A stretch of 63,821 nt of DNA, filler included, from Callorhinchus milii (lineage: Eukaryota), in NCBI RefSeq assembly GCF_018977255.1. It is 6 parts of 6 records of this genome, joined end to end, with 100 filler letters (N's around TTAATTAATTAA, not from the genome) between each part and the next. Parts side by side here need not be neighbours in the genome. Positions count along the whole stretch, not along the records: positions 1 to 10,616 come from NW_024705104.1; positions 10,717 to 20,625 come from NW_024705111.1; 4 more parts are not named here. One strand, given 5' to 3'. Both the position numbers and the translations under genes were made by a program. The notes beneath the pieces are model-generated. The model was not told the origin of the DNA, ran no database searches, and was given only the letters and a program-made list of their open reading frames with translations. Shown here piece by piece: positions 1-10,958 of this stretch (within the stretch, counting starts at the first letter, position 1; every line of letters begins with the position of its first letter).

Positions 1-215
1 ACCTGACTTGAAGCAGATGAGGCAGAAGCCATGCGGGATAGAGTTCCAGAGTCTGGGGCAGGAATGCTGAATGCCCGACCGCCCACAGTGGGGCGGGAAT
101 TGCGCGGGACCTAAAGCGGACCGGTGTCCGCCGAGCGGAATCAGCAGACATTCTTTTTTGCGGATAGGAAGTCAGAGACATTGGGGGAACAAGACTGTAG
201 TGGTGTCTTGAAGGA
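1..215 (-). mobile_element. L2-clade LINE ORF2 C-terminal relic
   Basis: Minus strand reads RSADTGPL*VPR..PTVGGRAFSIP / RLWNSIP, the typical L2 C-terminal GxRAFSxxAPxLWNxLP motif, with a stop and a frameshift. Confidence 0.7.
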
Positions 216-259
216 TTAAAAAGCTTTTTCTCTGCGTACCTCGGGTGGTTTCCATATAG

Positions 260-1405
260 CGGGCCTGATCTCTGTATTAAAGCCTGGTCTCTCTCTAGCA
301 CGAATGGCCTTTGTACAACAGACCTGATCTCAGTTTTTCGGCCTCGTCTCTTTATAGCAGGTCATGGTCGCTATAATAATAATAATAATACTCCTTGCAT
401 TTGACATAGCGCTTTTCACGTCGGGAAGACGCCCCAAAGCGCTTCACGGAACACACTTTAAAGTGAATTGACTGCATATCTGTGGGCGAACGCGGCAGCC
501 AATTGCACACAGCAATGTCCCACAAACAGTCGTAAATTGAAAATGACCAATTTATTATTGCTTTTGGTTTAGGAGGGATTATTATTAGGCTCTGAGTGAA
601 GTAAGGAAACTGGCCCAAGGATTCGCCCTGACCTACCTGGGATTGAACTCAGGTCTCTCACTTGCAAATCGAGTGCTCTAACCACTGAGCTACAGGTCTT
701 TTTATCCATGGCCTCCACCATGTATAATTGGACTAGTATCTGTGTAAAAGACCTGGTCTATATGTGTAACAGGCTTGTTATCTACATAACAACCTGGTCT
801 TGTATAAGATGCCTGGTCTCGTTATAACTAGCCTGATATCTGAATAAAATCCACGTATCAACAGCAAATCCCTGGTCTCTGCATAACTTGTCTGCTCTCG
901 AAAAATACGCCCTGTCATTGTACAGATGGTCCAATGTCTGCGTAATAGCACAGTTCTCCAATCAACAGCTCTGGTCACTCAAAACAGGTCTGATCTCTGT
1001 GTAACTGGCATGGATTCTTTAATACAGGTCTGTTCACAGAAGCTCTGGTCTCTGAACAATAGGTCTGGTCTCTATACACAATGTCTGGTCACTGTACAAC
1101 TGGCCGGATAACTGTCCAACAGCTCTGGTCTCCACACAACAGCTCTGATCTCTATAATCGGCATTGTATGTATATAACTGCCTGATTTCTGTATAACGGG
1201 CAGGTTATAACGGGCAGGTCTCTGTACAGCAGCTTGGAATCTGTATCGCAACTGATTCTCTTTACAGCAGTCTTCCGTGTGTATAACAGGCCTGGTCTAT
1301 TAATTAGATTCTTGGTCCATGTCTAAGTGTTTGGGCTATGTATATGAGTCTGTTTTTTGCATAAAATGCTTTGTCGATGTACAACACGATTGGTCTCTGT
1401 GTACG
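260..1405. repeat. Degenerate ~21-bp minisatellite (ctggtctctgtataacag-like), interrupted by a SINE
   Basis: Recurrent ctggtctc/ctgatctc...tataac/acaac units at ~20-22 nt spacing on both sides of the SINE. Confidence 0.7.
373..696 (-). mobile_element. tRNA-derived DeuSINE
   Basis: Minus strand: A-box TAGCTCAGTGG, B-box GAGTTCAATCC, Deu core GCTGTGTGCAATTGGCTGCCGCGTT, 3' part AAGCGCTTTGGG...AAAGCGCTAT..AAATGCAAG, (TAT)n tail. Confidence 0.9.
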
Positions 1406-1689
1406 GAGACACCTTGCGAAATCCGAAAGAATGATGATTTCGAGAGTGCCTTCAGAACGAACAGTTTAAATGCTGTAAGAAAACTGTGATGGCTTGTTTT
1501 ATATTGACGCCCTCGTTGTATACTATTTGATATAACTACTTTTTCAAGTTTTCAAGGCTACTTAAGGCGCTTTACATGATACACTGTGAAGCAAATTGTC
1601 TCTATGTCACGTTAGCGAATCGCAGTTAGAAGGGCGTTGTCATAATTATTCATTGGATAGTCATAATTCCACAAGTAGAAGAAGCGATC

Positions 1690-2200
1690 GTTTCATTCGT
1701 CTTATGTGTTTGTACTTTACCAAGTAAATGAAACAGAGAATGAAGGAATTAGTTAATTCAACAGTGGTGTTGATGAAGAATCATTGGATTATCTATCAGG
1801 AAAGCGTACAAACCATTGCTTAATGTGGGGCGGAAAGTGCGAAGAACTGTGTGCGGAAAGGCCCCAATGTCTCTGTGTTCAAAAGGAGAAAGCGATAGTA
1901 ATTTTAAAAGTAACAAACATTGCGTCTGATATCGCCATATTACGTTTTCAATACGTCTCATAACGCTTAAGATAATATATTGTAGAGCGATTTGAATCTA
2001 CTTTGTGAGAGAAACGCCGCAGCCATTTGCACACACCGTCAATGCTGATCAATTCGTATCCACGTTGTAGCGACCCCCAATATAGTGCTACTACGGTTGC
2101 GGACTCGACTGGTCACAGGAATGTGGGTGACAGTCAGAGACTTGAGCAGCAAAACCAGAAGGAATGTGAGTGTCGGGAGTGTCGTAAGATCAAACAGATG
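1690..2200 (-). pseudogene. Decayed GPR139-like receptor fragment (TM5/ICL3, possibly to TM7)
   Basis: 2095-2185 reads TLTFLLVLLLKSLTVTHIPVTSRVRN versus FLPFVLILLLNALTVSHILMSSRVRR in the intact gene (DNA matches 3113-3190); weaker TM7-like NSFILCFIYLVKYK near 1700-1760; no continuous ORF. Confidence 0.6.
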
Positions 2201-2486
2201 AAATGCAGCCTTTGGCGGGAAGTCTGATGGCTTGTTTCATACCGATACTCTGATAGTATGCTGTGCAAATCACAAACACCAGGTCATGCTTTGCCCCAAG
2301 TAAATCGCACTCAATGCAAGCGAGTGTTGTTAATACCTTTATTTATTGTCAACGCAAAGCATTGAATCTACGAGCAAACTCATCAGTTTATCCCATTCCT
2401 TGTTTGCTTTTCTACTTTTTGTCTTCGACTCATTAGCTCTTACTGAATTGTCTTTGATTTCTTAAAGCGAGAGCCGACAACACTTA

Positions 2487-2742
2487 TTCACACACAGAAA
2501 CACACCCATACAGATACAGACACCACACAAACACATACACAAACACACAGGCAGACCCACAGAAAGAAACCAAAATATACGCACTCGCACAAACGCACAT
2601 CCATCCACAGACAGAAACAGGCATCTGCACACACACCCTCACACATACAGACACACAAACAGAGACGCTGCAGCAGAGAAACTGATACACAGATACATTA
2701 CGAATCCTATCACTGTGTCGGTTCAGTCACACAGACACACAA
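2487..2742. repeat. (CA)-rich simple repeat
   Basis: Degenerate cacacaga/catacaca run. Confidence 0.85.
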
Positions 2743-2759
2743 ACCACTGGCGAAGTTTG

Positions 2760-3676
2760 TCAATGGAATAATCTGACAATTAGAATAAAAGGAAATGTCA
2801 CCGCTTTCCTAATTTCCGCTCTGAATTTAGTCTGAGTAACCGCGTAAATACACGTGTTTGTACAGCAACTCAAATACACCAGCATGAAGGCAACTCGCCA
2901 GATGATAAACAAAGGGTCATTATACCCTGTGTAGTAATTTATTTTTGAAATCCTCCAGTATAAGAAAAATAAAACAAATGTTATCCAAAATAATATAAAA
3001 TTTGCAGAAACAGCAAAGAGTAAAATGATGGATTTCTTTCTCTTCCTCATCTCTGGATCACTGTCACTCGCTCCTCTATTCCTGTCCCCATCATTGTGTT
3101 CCCGCAATCTCCTGCGGACTCGGCTGGACATCAGGATGTGACTGACAGTCAGGGCGTTGAGCAGCAAAATCAGAACGAATGGGAGAAACGGGGTTAAAAT
3201 AACATTGAGCCAGTCAAACACTATCCATGAGAGGGAAGTGTAATAGCTGGGTTTATATTCGCAATCCCTTGGTGTGTCGTTAAATATATACTGTGGTACA
3301 TATGCAAAATACCAGGGAATGTTTTCCACAAAGAATATCAGAGCCAATACCGCTATCACTCTCAGAGCTGTTTTTTCGGTGCAATATTTTGTTTTAAGTT
3401 TTGGGCAACAGACGGCGACATGTCGATCAAAGGTGAAAGCTACTGTTAACCACACAGACAGGGCCCTTGTTGTACAATCCAGGAAACCAATCAGCCGGCA
3501 AATATGAGTGATGGTGACGAATGAATTTGGGAAGTTACGGTAAACAATGCGTTCCAAAATCACTGCTATGATAACCGCCATCAGATCGGCCACTGTCATG
3601 GCCACCAGATAGCGAGAGATGCATTTGGAGAGACCGCACCGCCCTCGACACAGGATCACAATCGCCAATATGTTCG
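2760..3676 (-). CDS. GPR139-like: Class A GPCR, GPR139/GPR142-like, exon 2 (main 7TM exon)
   Basis: YLVAMTVADL (TM2), SVWLTVAFTFDRHVAVCCP (TM3 DRY-like), PFLPFVLILLLN (TM5), SCCTNTCIYAVTQTKFR (TM7); acceptor ctctgtag|CG AAC ATA TTG gives VP-A-NILAIVIL. Likely a member of the chondrichthyan expansion, not necessarily the 1:1 orthologue. Confidence 0.92.
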
Positions 3677-3864
3677 CTACAGAGAGTGAGAAAGAGACGA
3701 TCAGTCATAATGAACATTGGAAGAGATCACAGAGTGTTGATGAACTGAACGCTGTGGACTGAGGCAACAGTCGCCTTCAAAATTCAAACCCCAATTTTTG
3801 AGATTGGAAGGCAGATGGAGCCAAACGTGATCCGCTGTGCATCACCTTCCGGTCCAGGGTTACA

Positions 3865-3945
3865 GAAAGAGAGAGAGAAATATAGATAGAGAGAGGTTCG
3901 GGTGGAGAGACACACTGGCAGAGAGAGAGAGAGAGAGAGAGAAAT
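3865..3945. repeat. (GA)n microsatellite in the GPCR intron
   Basis: agagagagag runs. Confidence 0.85.
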
Positions 3946-4329
3946 AAAAGATAGCGAGAAAGGGCAATAAGAACAAACAGAGCGAATTTAATTCAAACGC
4001 GGCAGCTGAACAGCGCACAAACAGCAATTAAGCGAGTGACCAATTTTATATGGAGATTTTTGTCCAGGACACCACGATTCATTTGCTTCTCTTTTCGAGC
4101 CGACTCAAATAATTGATGAAGCGCTGCATCAAGTGGATAGATTATTATTATTGTTAATGTAACAGTTTAAACATCCCAACAGAAAAGCTTGTCTTTTCTT
4201 CTTCACTTCCCTTTCTCACGAAGGCACCTGTAACCATGGAACTCACCGTCTCGCCCTGTGTGTAAGGTCTGAGATGATACACTGTGTGAGAGGCGTTACC
4301 ATCCAGCACTTTGCGTACGGTCTGAGATA

Positions 4330-4518
4330 ATACATGTGTGAGGAGTGCAATCCTCCACCACTGTGTGTAACGTCTGAGACACTGCCGTGTGTGAGAGGCG
4401 CGACACAAAATTAGTTTGATGTCGTGTGTCAGTCTTCAGTGTGAGGTTAATGTCTTGAAATGGGACTAAACCCCACAACGCTGTGATTCACATGGGAGAA
4501 TGCTACCACTGAGTCAGT
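4330..4518 (-). mobile_element. Degenerate SINE 5' head in the GPCR intron
   Basis: Minus strand CTGACTCAGTGGTAGCA (A-box-like), GGTTTAGTCCC (B-box-like), ..GACTGACAC.. as in old DeuSINE heads. Confidence 0.45.
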
Positions 4519-4571
4519 CTGAAAATTGTAATCCTTATTTCTGTGGATAATAAACTGGTTAAACTACTCGC

Positions 4572-4641
4572 CAGGAACTCCAACAGCAGCGAGAATTGGG
4601 TCGTATATCCGCTCTATCCTCGACATTATCGGAATTTTCAT
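4572..4641 (-). CDS. GPR139-like: GPR139-like receptor exon 1 (MKIPIMSRIERIYDPILAAVGVP-)
   Basis: ATG at 4641; 70 nt, phase 1, splices in frame to exon 2 to give a 328-aa protein; IYxPILAAVGVP is the expected TM1 start; donor is CCTG|GCGAGT. Confidence 0.85.
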
Positions 4642-5254
4642 CTTCACCGAGAAAAAAGCGATTCTTCCTCTTGGTACAGGACGCAGCTCACGCTGTGGGG
4701 TGACGCTCAAAATCATAAATCGGAGCCGTATTTTATCCAAAGCGGAGAACGCTTTGATGAGCAATTTTACCGCGTGTTCACAGATGAGTTTGTGCCGTGG
4801 GGAATACACACTCTCCCTGAGTTATGCAATTCAACTCAGTGATTCACTTAGCAGCAGGTGGTTTTCCATCCATGCAGAAAGCCTTTGCCTGCAATATCCC
4901 AGACGCTACCATGCGTAAATACACATTATTCTTCAAGTATCTAAACCACCTGAGAGATTCACGTGTGTCCCCACTTTAAAGTGGAATTCGCCAGCCTGGA
5001 ATAGAGGGAAAAATCTTTCCATTGGAGCACACAAGCTGCTTAAAGAACTGCAGAGAGTTTTCGGTACAGGAAGGGAATAACAACGGCCGTGTGACTGAAG
5101 TGTGGGCACTGGTGATGTTGCTGTAGTTTAGCTAAAGCTGAAACACTTGCCACGTAGAATAATACTCCACACAATACCAATATGACTGTCTTACATTCCT
5201 TACATCCAGCAGTCAATTGCTGCATCACCTGAAAAGTTATCAGCCTCACTCGGT

Positions 5255-5560
5255 GATGATATTCTCACATCTGAATCAGAAATTGTGGTTTCCATATATT
5301 GTTGGCGATGCATCGCATTGTCGGAGATGATGGCATTTGAGTGAGACGTTTTGCTGAGGATCCGGCTGCCTGTTCAGCTGGATGTTAAAATATCCCAGGG
5401 CACGTTTCAAAATGTCCAGGGAGTTTCTCCCAGTGTCTTGGGCAGCAATTCCGCAGATGCAATTATTTTCTCACTTCTTGAAAGTGTCTCGGACATTGCT
5501 GTGCGCAAACTGGCGGCTGTGTTTCGCAACAACAGAAACACTCTTTCAGTGATGAAAGAG
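5255..5560 (+). mobile_element. Old DeuSINE (SacSINE1/AmnSINE1-like) relic
   Basis: GTGAGACGTT..GGATGTTAAAATATCCCAGGGCAC..GGAGTTTCTCCCAGTGTCTTGG..GCTGTGCGCAAACTGGC. Confidence 0.7.
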
Positions 5561-5566
5561 TTAAAG

Positions 5567-5770
5567 TGAGGAACAGGTTCCCTAAGGAGACGGTTCAAGC
5601 ACTCAGTGTTGCTTCATTGAAAAACATATTAGACAGTTTTCTTTTATGAAACAATATTATGGATTATAATACATAGGTAGGTCGGGACACATGTGCTTTC
5701 GACCGCCAGAAAGACGAAAGGCGACCCAAGTTTCCCTTATGCTTTTTTACATCTCGTGTTTCTTACGTTC
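5567..5770 (+). mobile_element. CR1 LINE 3' end relic
   Basis: NRFPKETVQALSVASLKNILDSFL fits the CR1 C-terminal WNxLPxxxVxAxSxxxFKxxLD motif. Confidence 0.55.
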
Positions 5771-6239
5771 TCATGTTTCACTCAATAATAATAATAAATT
5801 CCACTTTACAGTTTAAACGTTGAGCATTTGTGACATTCAAGACCTGATGAGTAATGATTTAAATAGGAAGGGTAATTATTAATGATTTATTATTATTATT
5901 GAAATATTTGTGTCTGGAATTAATCTTTGCAGTTACTAACGATTCCAACGGCTTCCAGGCTCCACATTCACCGCACTAAACGTTTATCCTCCGGCTGAAG
6001 ATCCAGTACATGTGCATTCAACCGAGACACAACACAACAATAGCCACAACTTTTGTTTACACAGTGTCTTATTGCCAAGGAATTCATTATTTTATTGTTG
6101 CCAAGTTGTAGAGAAAGCGGAGATGACTCCGGGCAAAGGGCAAAGTAAGTTCAGGTCTGATCTGAAGAAGGGCATGGAGGGAGGGGCAAGGAGGAAGCCT
6201 CCTGGAGGGCAATACGTTTGACATGAAATCCAAAATACA

Positions 6240-6510
6240 TTTACCACATCTTCCTGCCCATAACGGCAAAAAACCCTTCCCACTGAGCGATAGTTGCAAC
6301 ATCTGTAGGTGCAGTGATTGAGCGTCAATGCTGCGATGTCCGCAAACCGATCAAGGTGTACTCCAAGGCCTCGGTGCACACATGTACTTTGGTGAGACGT
6401 TTCCAGTTTATAATTCCCAGCACATGTCTGAATGACATGGCTCTTCAGAGCCGTGCGAGCAACTTTACAGGTGAACCTGCGATCTACCAGCCTTCTTGGT
6501 AATTTCAAGG
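6240..6510 (-). mobile_element. CR1 ORF2 relic
   Basis: RFTCKV...YKL...HRGLGVHLD resembles the CR1 FNxxKCKV...YxL...RDLGVxVD block. Confidence 0.45.
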
Positions 6511-6809
6511 TCCACATTCATTGCCACATACCAGGATCCACGTCCTTGTTTGTTTCGCCACTGTGAAACGGATTCCAGCACCACAATGGTCAATGAAACG
6601 GCAGTGTAGTTTTGAGCTCGAGCCCATTGCAGCCATTTTACTTTTACCCCAAGTCTTCCACAATGCAAGTGGTAGACACTGCAATTGGTCCGATTTAACA
6701 AGACAGAAAGATAACCTGCATTGGAACATTGCTTTCCTTTAACTCAAGCGAGCATGACCGGAGAGGTCTTGACAGAGAAGAACAGAGCTGTGACCAAGCC
6801 AAGGTTTGT

Positions 6810-7060
6810 ATAGAATAAGCGAATTTTACAGCACAAAAAGAGGCCATTCGTCCCATCGTACCTGTGCCAGCTGCATGCAAAGCTACCGAATGACTCTCAC
6901 TCCCACATTCTTTTCCCACAGCCGGAATTTTTTTTGCTTTTGCAAGTGGATATCGAATTCACCTTTGGGAAGTTTATATTGCATCTGCTTTTATCTCCTT
7001 TTCAGGCAGTGGCTTTCAGGTGACACAATCTCGCAGGGCAAATAAATTTCTCTGTCTCCA
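6810..7060 (-). mobile_element. CR1 (HER1-like) 3' end
   Basis: Minus strand GATGGGACGAATGGCCTC..TGTGCTGTAA tail, typical of chondrichthyan CR1 3' UTRs. Confidence 0.65.
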
Positions 7061-8237
7061 GATGAATCACGCAGAAGCAGGATCATTGTCAGGAAAGCCT
7101 GGGACACGTACTCCATGTCAATGATCCTCGGTGGCATCGTAATTAATGAACACATCTGAAGTGGTGGGTGATCATGGCCTTGTCTTATCTTACCCCCACT
7201 TCAACATGGATGTTTTCAGAGAACAGGGTCAACCCTGACATGGATTCTAGAGATGGAATACACATTCTGGATGAAATCCAAATTTTTGGCCTCATACTCC
7301 CATGGATTCCAGTCTCAAAAAATGCTTGACGATCTTGCGAAAATCAACTAAACAACGGAGTTGGGTTTTTCGCTCAGACTTTGACGATCTCTGCTGTCAT
7401 ATCGTAAGCCATACCCAATGTCGCACACATTAGATATGACATTATACGCCAGAATGATTCATCAATGTGAAACAACCTGCCACCAACCCATGTGATATAT
7501 GTGTAGTGATAACGTGAAGCGATCAGCAAAGAAACTCTGAAATCAGTGAAGTTCCTCTGTATATCTATCTCTTACTCGTGTAAACCTTCTTGTGGACTAT
7601 GACCACAATTCATCTCTGGAACAATGATGGTGGACTTGCCTCAGAAATCTGTTGTCCAGCACTCAGAGAACAGTTTCTCGTCGCGTTTGTCGGTTTCTGG
7701 CAGCAACGTGTATGATTCTCATTGTTTTAATCACACAAATAACCCATATCATTCTTCTTTCACTTAGAGCAAATATCTCTTGGTCACGTATGAAATGTGG
7801 CCAATACTTTCCGACAATTAAGATTACTTATTATTAATTTTCGACTTTGCAAATGCTAGTATATATATTGCAAAACAATATACGTAAATATAGTGATATA
7901 AACATATTACTTATATATATTGGCCAATAACTGCCTAAATAAAGATTCACCCTGCATATCTGATAATAATAATGATACATATATGTACGCCTTTTTAACT
8001 CTTCTTGGTGTGTCAATGCGCTTCACAGAATACAGTGTGAAACGAAATGAATGTATACTGTGTTGGCGAAAAGCAGCAGCCTGTTGCATGCAAGTGTGCC
8101 CAACTAACACTCGTGCTTTCAGTGTCGAATCTATTATTATTGTTGAAAGAATAGTTAACCTGTGAAAAGCTATTCAACTATCAACTAACAAGCGGTTTTC
8201 GACTTACAGCTTGATAATCTGACGTATGTAGAGAAAG

Positions 8238-8557
8238 AATAATAATAATAATAATGATCCTTGAATTTGATATTACTATTATTAGTATTCTCGTCTTCTG
8301 AACGTCCGAAAGCGGTGCACAGAATATGCTGTAATGTGAACTGATCTTGTATTTGTAGGCGAAACGCCACAGCCAATTGCGCACACCAGTGTCCCAGAAA
8401 CAGTTGTGGATTGGAAATGAAAGATTGATTATTTTTATTGGAGGGATTATCATTAGGTGTCTGGAGTAAGCAACTTGCCCAAAGTTTCGCCATTTGTGCA
8501 ATTGAACCCAGATCTCCCGCTTGTGGGTCGAGTGCTCTAAACCACTGAGCTACAGGA
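8238..8557 (-). mobile_element. tRNA-derived DeuSINE, second copy
   Basis: Collinear with 373-696: TAGCTCAGTGG head, CAATTGGCTG Deu core, (TAT)n tail. Confidence 0.85.
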
Positions 8558-8899
8558 TTCCACTTCAATGGTGCGCTTTCAAACATATCTCTATTGCCTA
8601 TGTCAGCATTGATTTGACCAGCTGTGATCTATAGATTTGTTACATGAAGCTTCTGGCCGCCAATGTCAGTTTACTGGTGGATTTTCATCAGCTATACGTC
8701 CCACTTCAGACGTTTTTTTTNCCTGTGAGCTAATGGCTCTTTGACTAAGCATTTGTCTTGGGCGTAAGAACACAAAATATGCGAGTAAAGAGGGCAAGCT
8801 CCATCGAGTTGTCCTTTCACATTCCTGGCGGGCGCGTGCACATTTGTCCCTGAAAAACGATGTACTTGATCCCATAATGTTACTTCCTGAAATAAATAA

Positions 8900-9005
8900 T
8901 CTAATCTATGTTAAAAACAATTAACAATTCCTGCTTCAAAGATTTCCCAAGGGAGCAGGTTCCACAGGTTCACTATTCGCTCATTGAAACAGTGTTTTCA
9001 CAGAT
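8900..9005 (-). mobile_element. CR1 C-terminal relic
   Basis: FNERIVNLWNLLPWEIFEAGIVNCF motif on the minus strand. Confidence 0.6.
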
Positions 9006-9290
9006 CACTTCATGGTCAACCACAGCCCTTCATCCCGCTCGTAGTCAGGCTCCACCACTGTTAAGCGCTCTGAGACGCTACCCAGCATGGAGGGCGTTAT
9101 GTAATTGCTACTTGTCATGTTTTCTGTTATATCAAGGAAAAATTTGCAAATGGGAAATTTGGAGGTCAACAATATGATGTTTCAACACAAAGCGACTTAA
9201 TATTACATGGGTTAAATAGTTTCCGTCTGCAACTTGTTGGATCGCAACGTAATCTTTCAAAGAGAGCAGAAAGCTTCCAATTGAACCTGG

Positions 9291-10616
9291 TGTTAGAAAA
9301 TAAAACCAGCCAAATCTGTAAGGAAATAACGCTAATTATTCTAACCAGATATCAGACTGTTTTATTATTATTCGTTCGTTATTCCCCAATATCCCGAAGG
9401 GTCAGACCAAAGGCCGGTACAATCAACAGATCTTATAACAGAATAACACCACTAAAGATATCTCGAGTTCAAGATCTCAACACTGTGTCTTTACAGCACA
9501 CAAGCTTGATTCTTCATGCTTTCAGTTTTCTTGCTTACAGCTTTCAATCTTCCATCTGATAGCCTCAGTCTTAGTGTTTCCAGCTCTCAGTCTTCCATCT
9601 CCCGTACCCTTGTCTCCGTAGCCCGGGATTGCCGCATCTCCCGTATCCTTGTCTCCGCGACCCGGGACGGCCCCATCTTCCGTATACTTGTCTCCGCGAC
9701 TCGGGACGGCCCCATCTCCTCTCCGCAGCTCGGGACGGTCCCATTTCCCGACCCGGGACGGCCCCGTATACAAAGTTATCGGAAATCTTATACCAATGTT
9801 CATCCAATCATGGTGCGGACATTAGACCAACCGGTCGAAATCATGCCGGGTTCACGTGAACATCTCATGGGGTGTACGTGCCTCACACACCCAAACACAC
9901 TGTCCTTGAGACAGTCCGTTATCTCGTGTACGTGCAGGCAGTTTCAGTCCAGCAGCCCACAACACACTTAAATTAAAAGCTAACCCGTTCGCAACATCTA
10001 TTATGATTCTAACATTATGCAAATAGTGTAAATTCTAACAGTCCCCACCTTGACACCGAAAGGACATGAGATATCACAAAATTATAAAAAGAATATAATA
10101 CAAATCAGAAAAATAATACAAGGTTACACAACCTGATAGTACAAAAATACAGATAATACAAAGTCAGAAAAATAGCAGAAGGTCACACAACCTGGGAGGG
10201 AGGATGGTTCTTCCAGGAGGCAAACTCTCTTAATGAACATTCTCTCGGGTTTCACAGCTCATTCAAAACCAACAGGTTATTTTCAGCGACCACAGTCACA
10301 ATTGAAATCATCATTCAATTACTATCAGTCCTGGTCCCTCTCCTTACCGGAAGGTAACAGGGTGTTTTCTTCCCTCAGTTTACACTGACTTATTTCACAG
10401 CTCAGTTCTAACCAAAAGGTTATTTCCAGCGACCACATGAACAATTGAAATCAACATTCAATTACTGTCGATCTCGGTCCCTCTCCTTATCCGGAGGTAA
10501 TAGGGGATTTCCCACTGACTGTTCGGACGCCCGAAAGTTACTCCATCACTTACACAAATTCTACATCGACACACAATATATCAACATATTGGAATGTCGT
10601 TCACACGCACATCAGC
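9291..10616 (-). mobile_element. LTR retroelement 3' end: 750-bp LTR (9291-10040), PPT and non-coding internal remnant cut by the contig end
   Basis: Terminal inverted 8-mers TGTTAGAA...TTCTAACA; minus-strand PPT AAGGTGGGGAC (10041-10051) directly before TG; AATAAA on minus near 9362; internal ~39-bp tandem repeats at 9593-9770. Confidence 0.8.
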
Positions 10617-10716
10617 NNNNNNNNNNNNNNNNNNNNNNNNNNNNNNNNNNNNNNNNNNNNTTAATTAATTAANNNNNNNNNNNNNNNNNNNNNNNNNNNN
10701 NNNNNNNNNNNNNNNN
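10617..10716. other. Artificial contig spacer (44 N + TTAATTAATTAA + 44 N)
   Basis: Exact 100-nt linker with stops in all six frames; identical copies recur four more times. Confidence 0.99.
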
Positions 10717-10958
10717 CCCCGGTACAACAACCATCTCCAAACCCTCCCGATTCCCCTGGTACAACAACCATCTCCAAACCCTCCCGATTCCCCTGGTACA
10801 ACAACCATCTCCAAACCCTCCCGATTCCCCTGGTACAACAACCATCTCCAAACCCTCCCGATCCCCCTGGTATAACAACCATTTCCAAACCCTCCCGATC
10901 CCACTGGTACAACCACCATCTCCAAACCCACCTGATCCCCGGTACAACAACCATCTCC
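10717..10958. repeat. 37-bp minisatellite (~6.5 copies) derived from L2 coding sequence
   Basis: Unit ccctggtacaacaaccatctccaaaccctcccgattc; period 37 (10721, 10758, 10795); last unit runs into L2 YNNHLRSLK. Confidence 0.9.

Noticed and set aside
635..696. tRNA gene
   Set aside because: The A and B boxes belong to the SINE head and continue into the Deu domain; the same applies at 8500-8557
7190..7650. Possible decayed transposase-like coding relic
   Set aside because: Stops present and no motif I can assign with confidence
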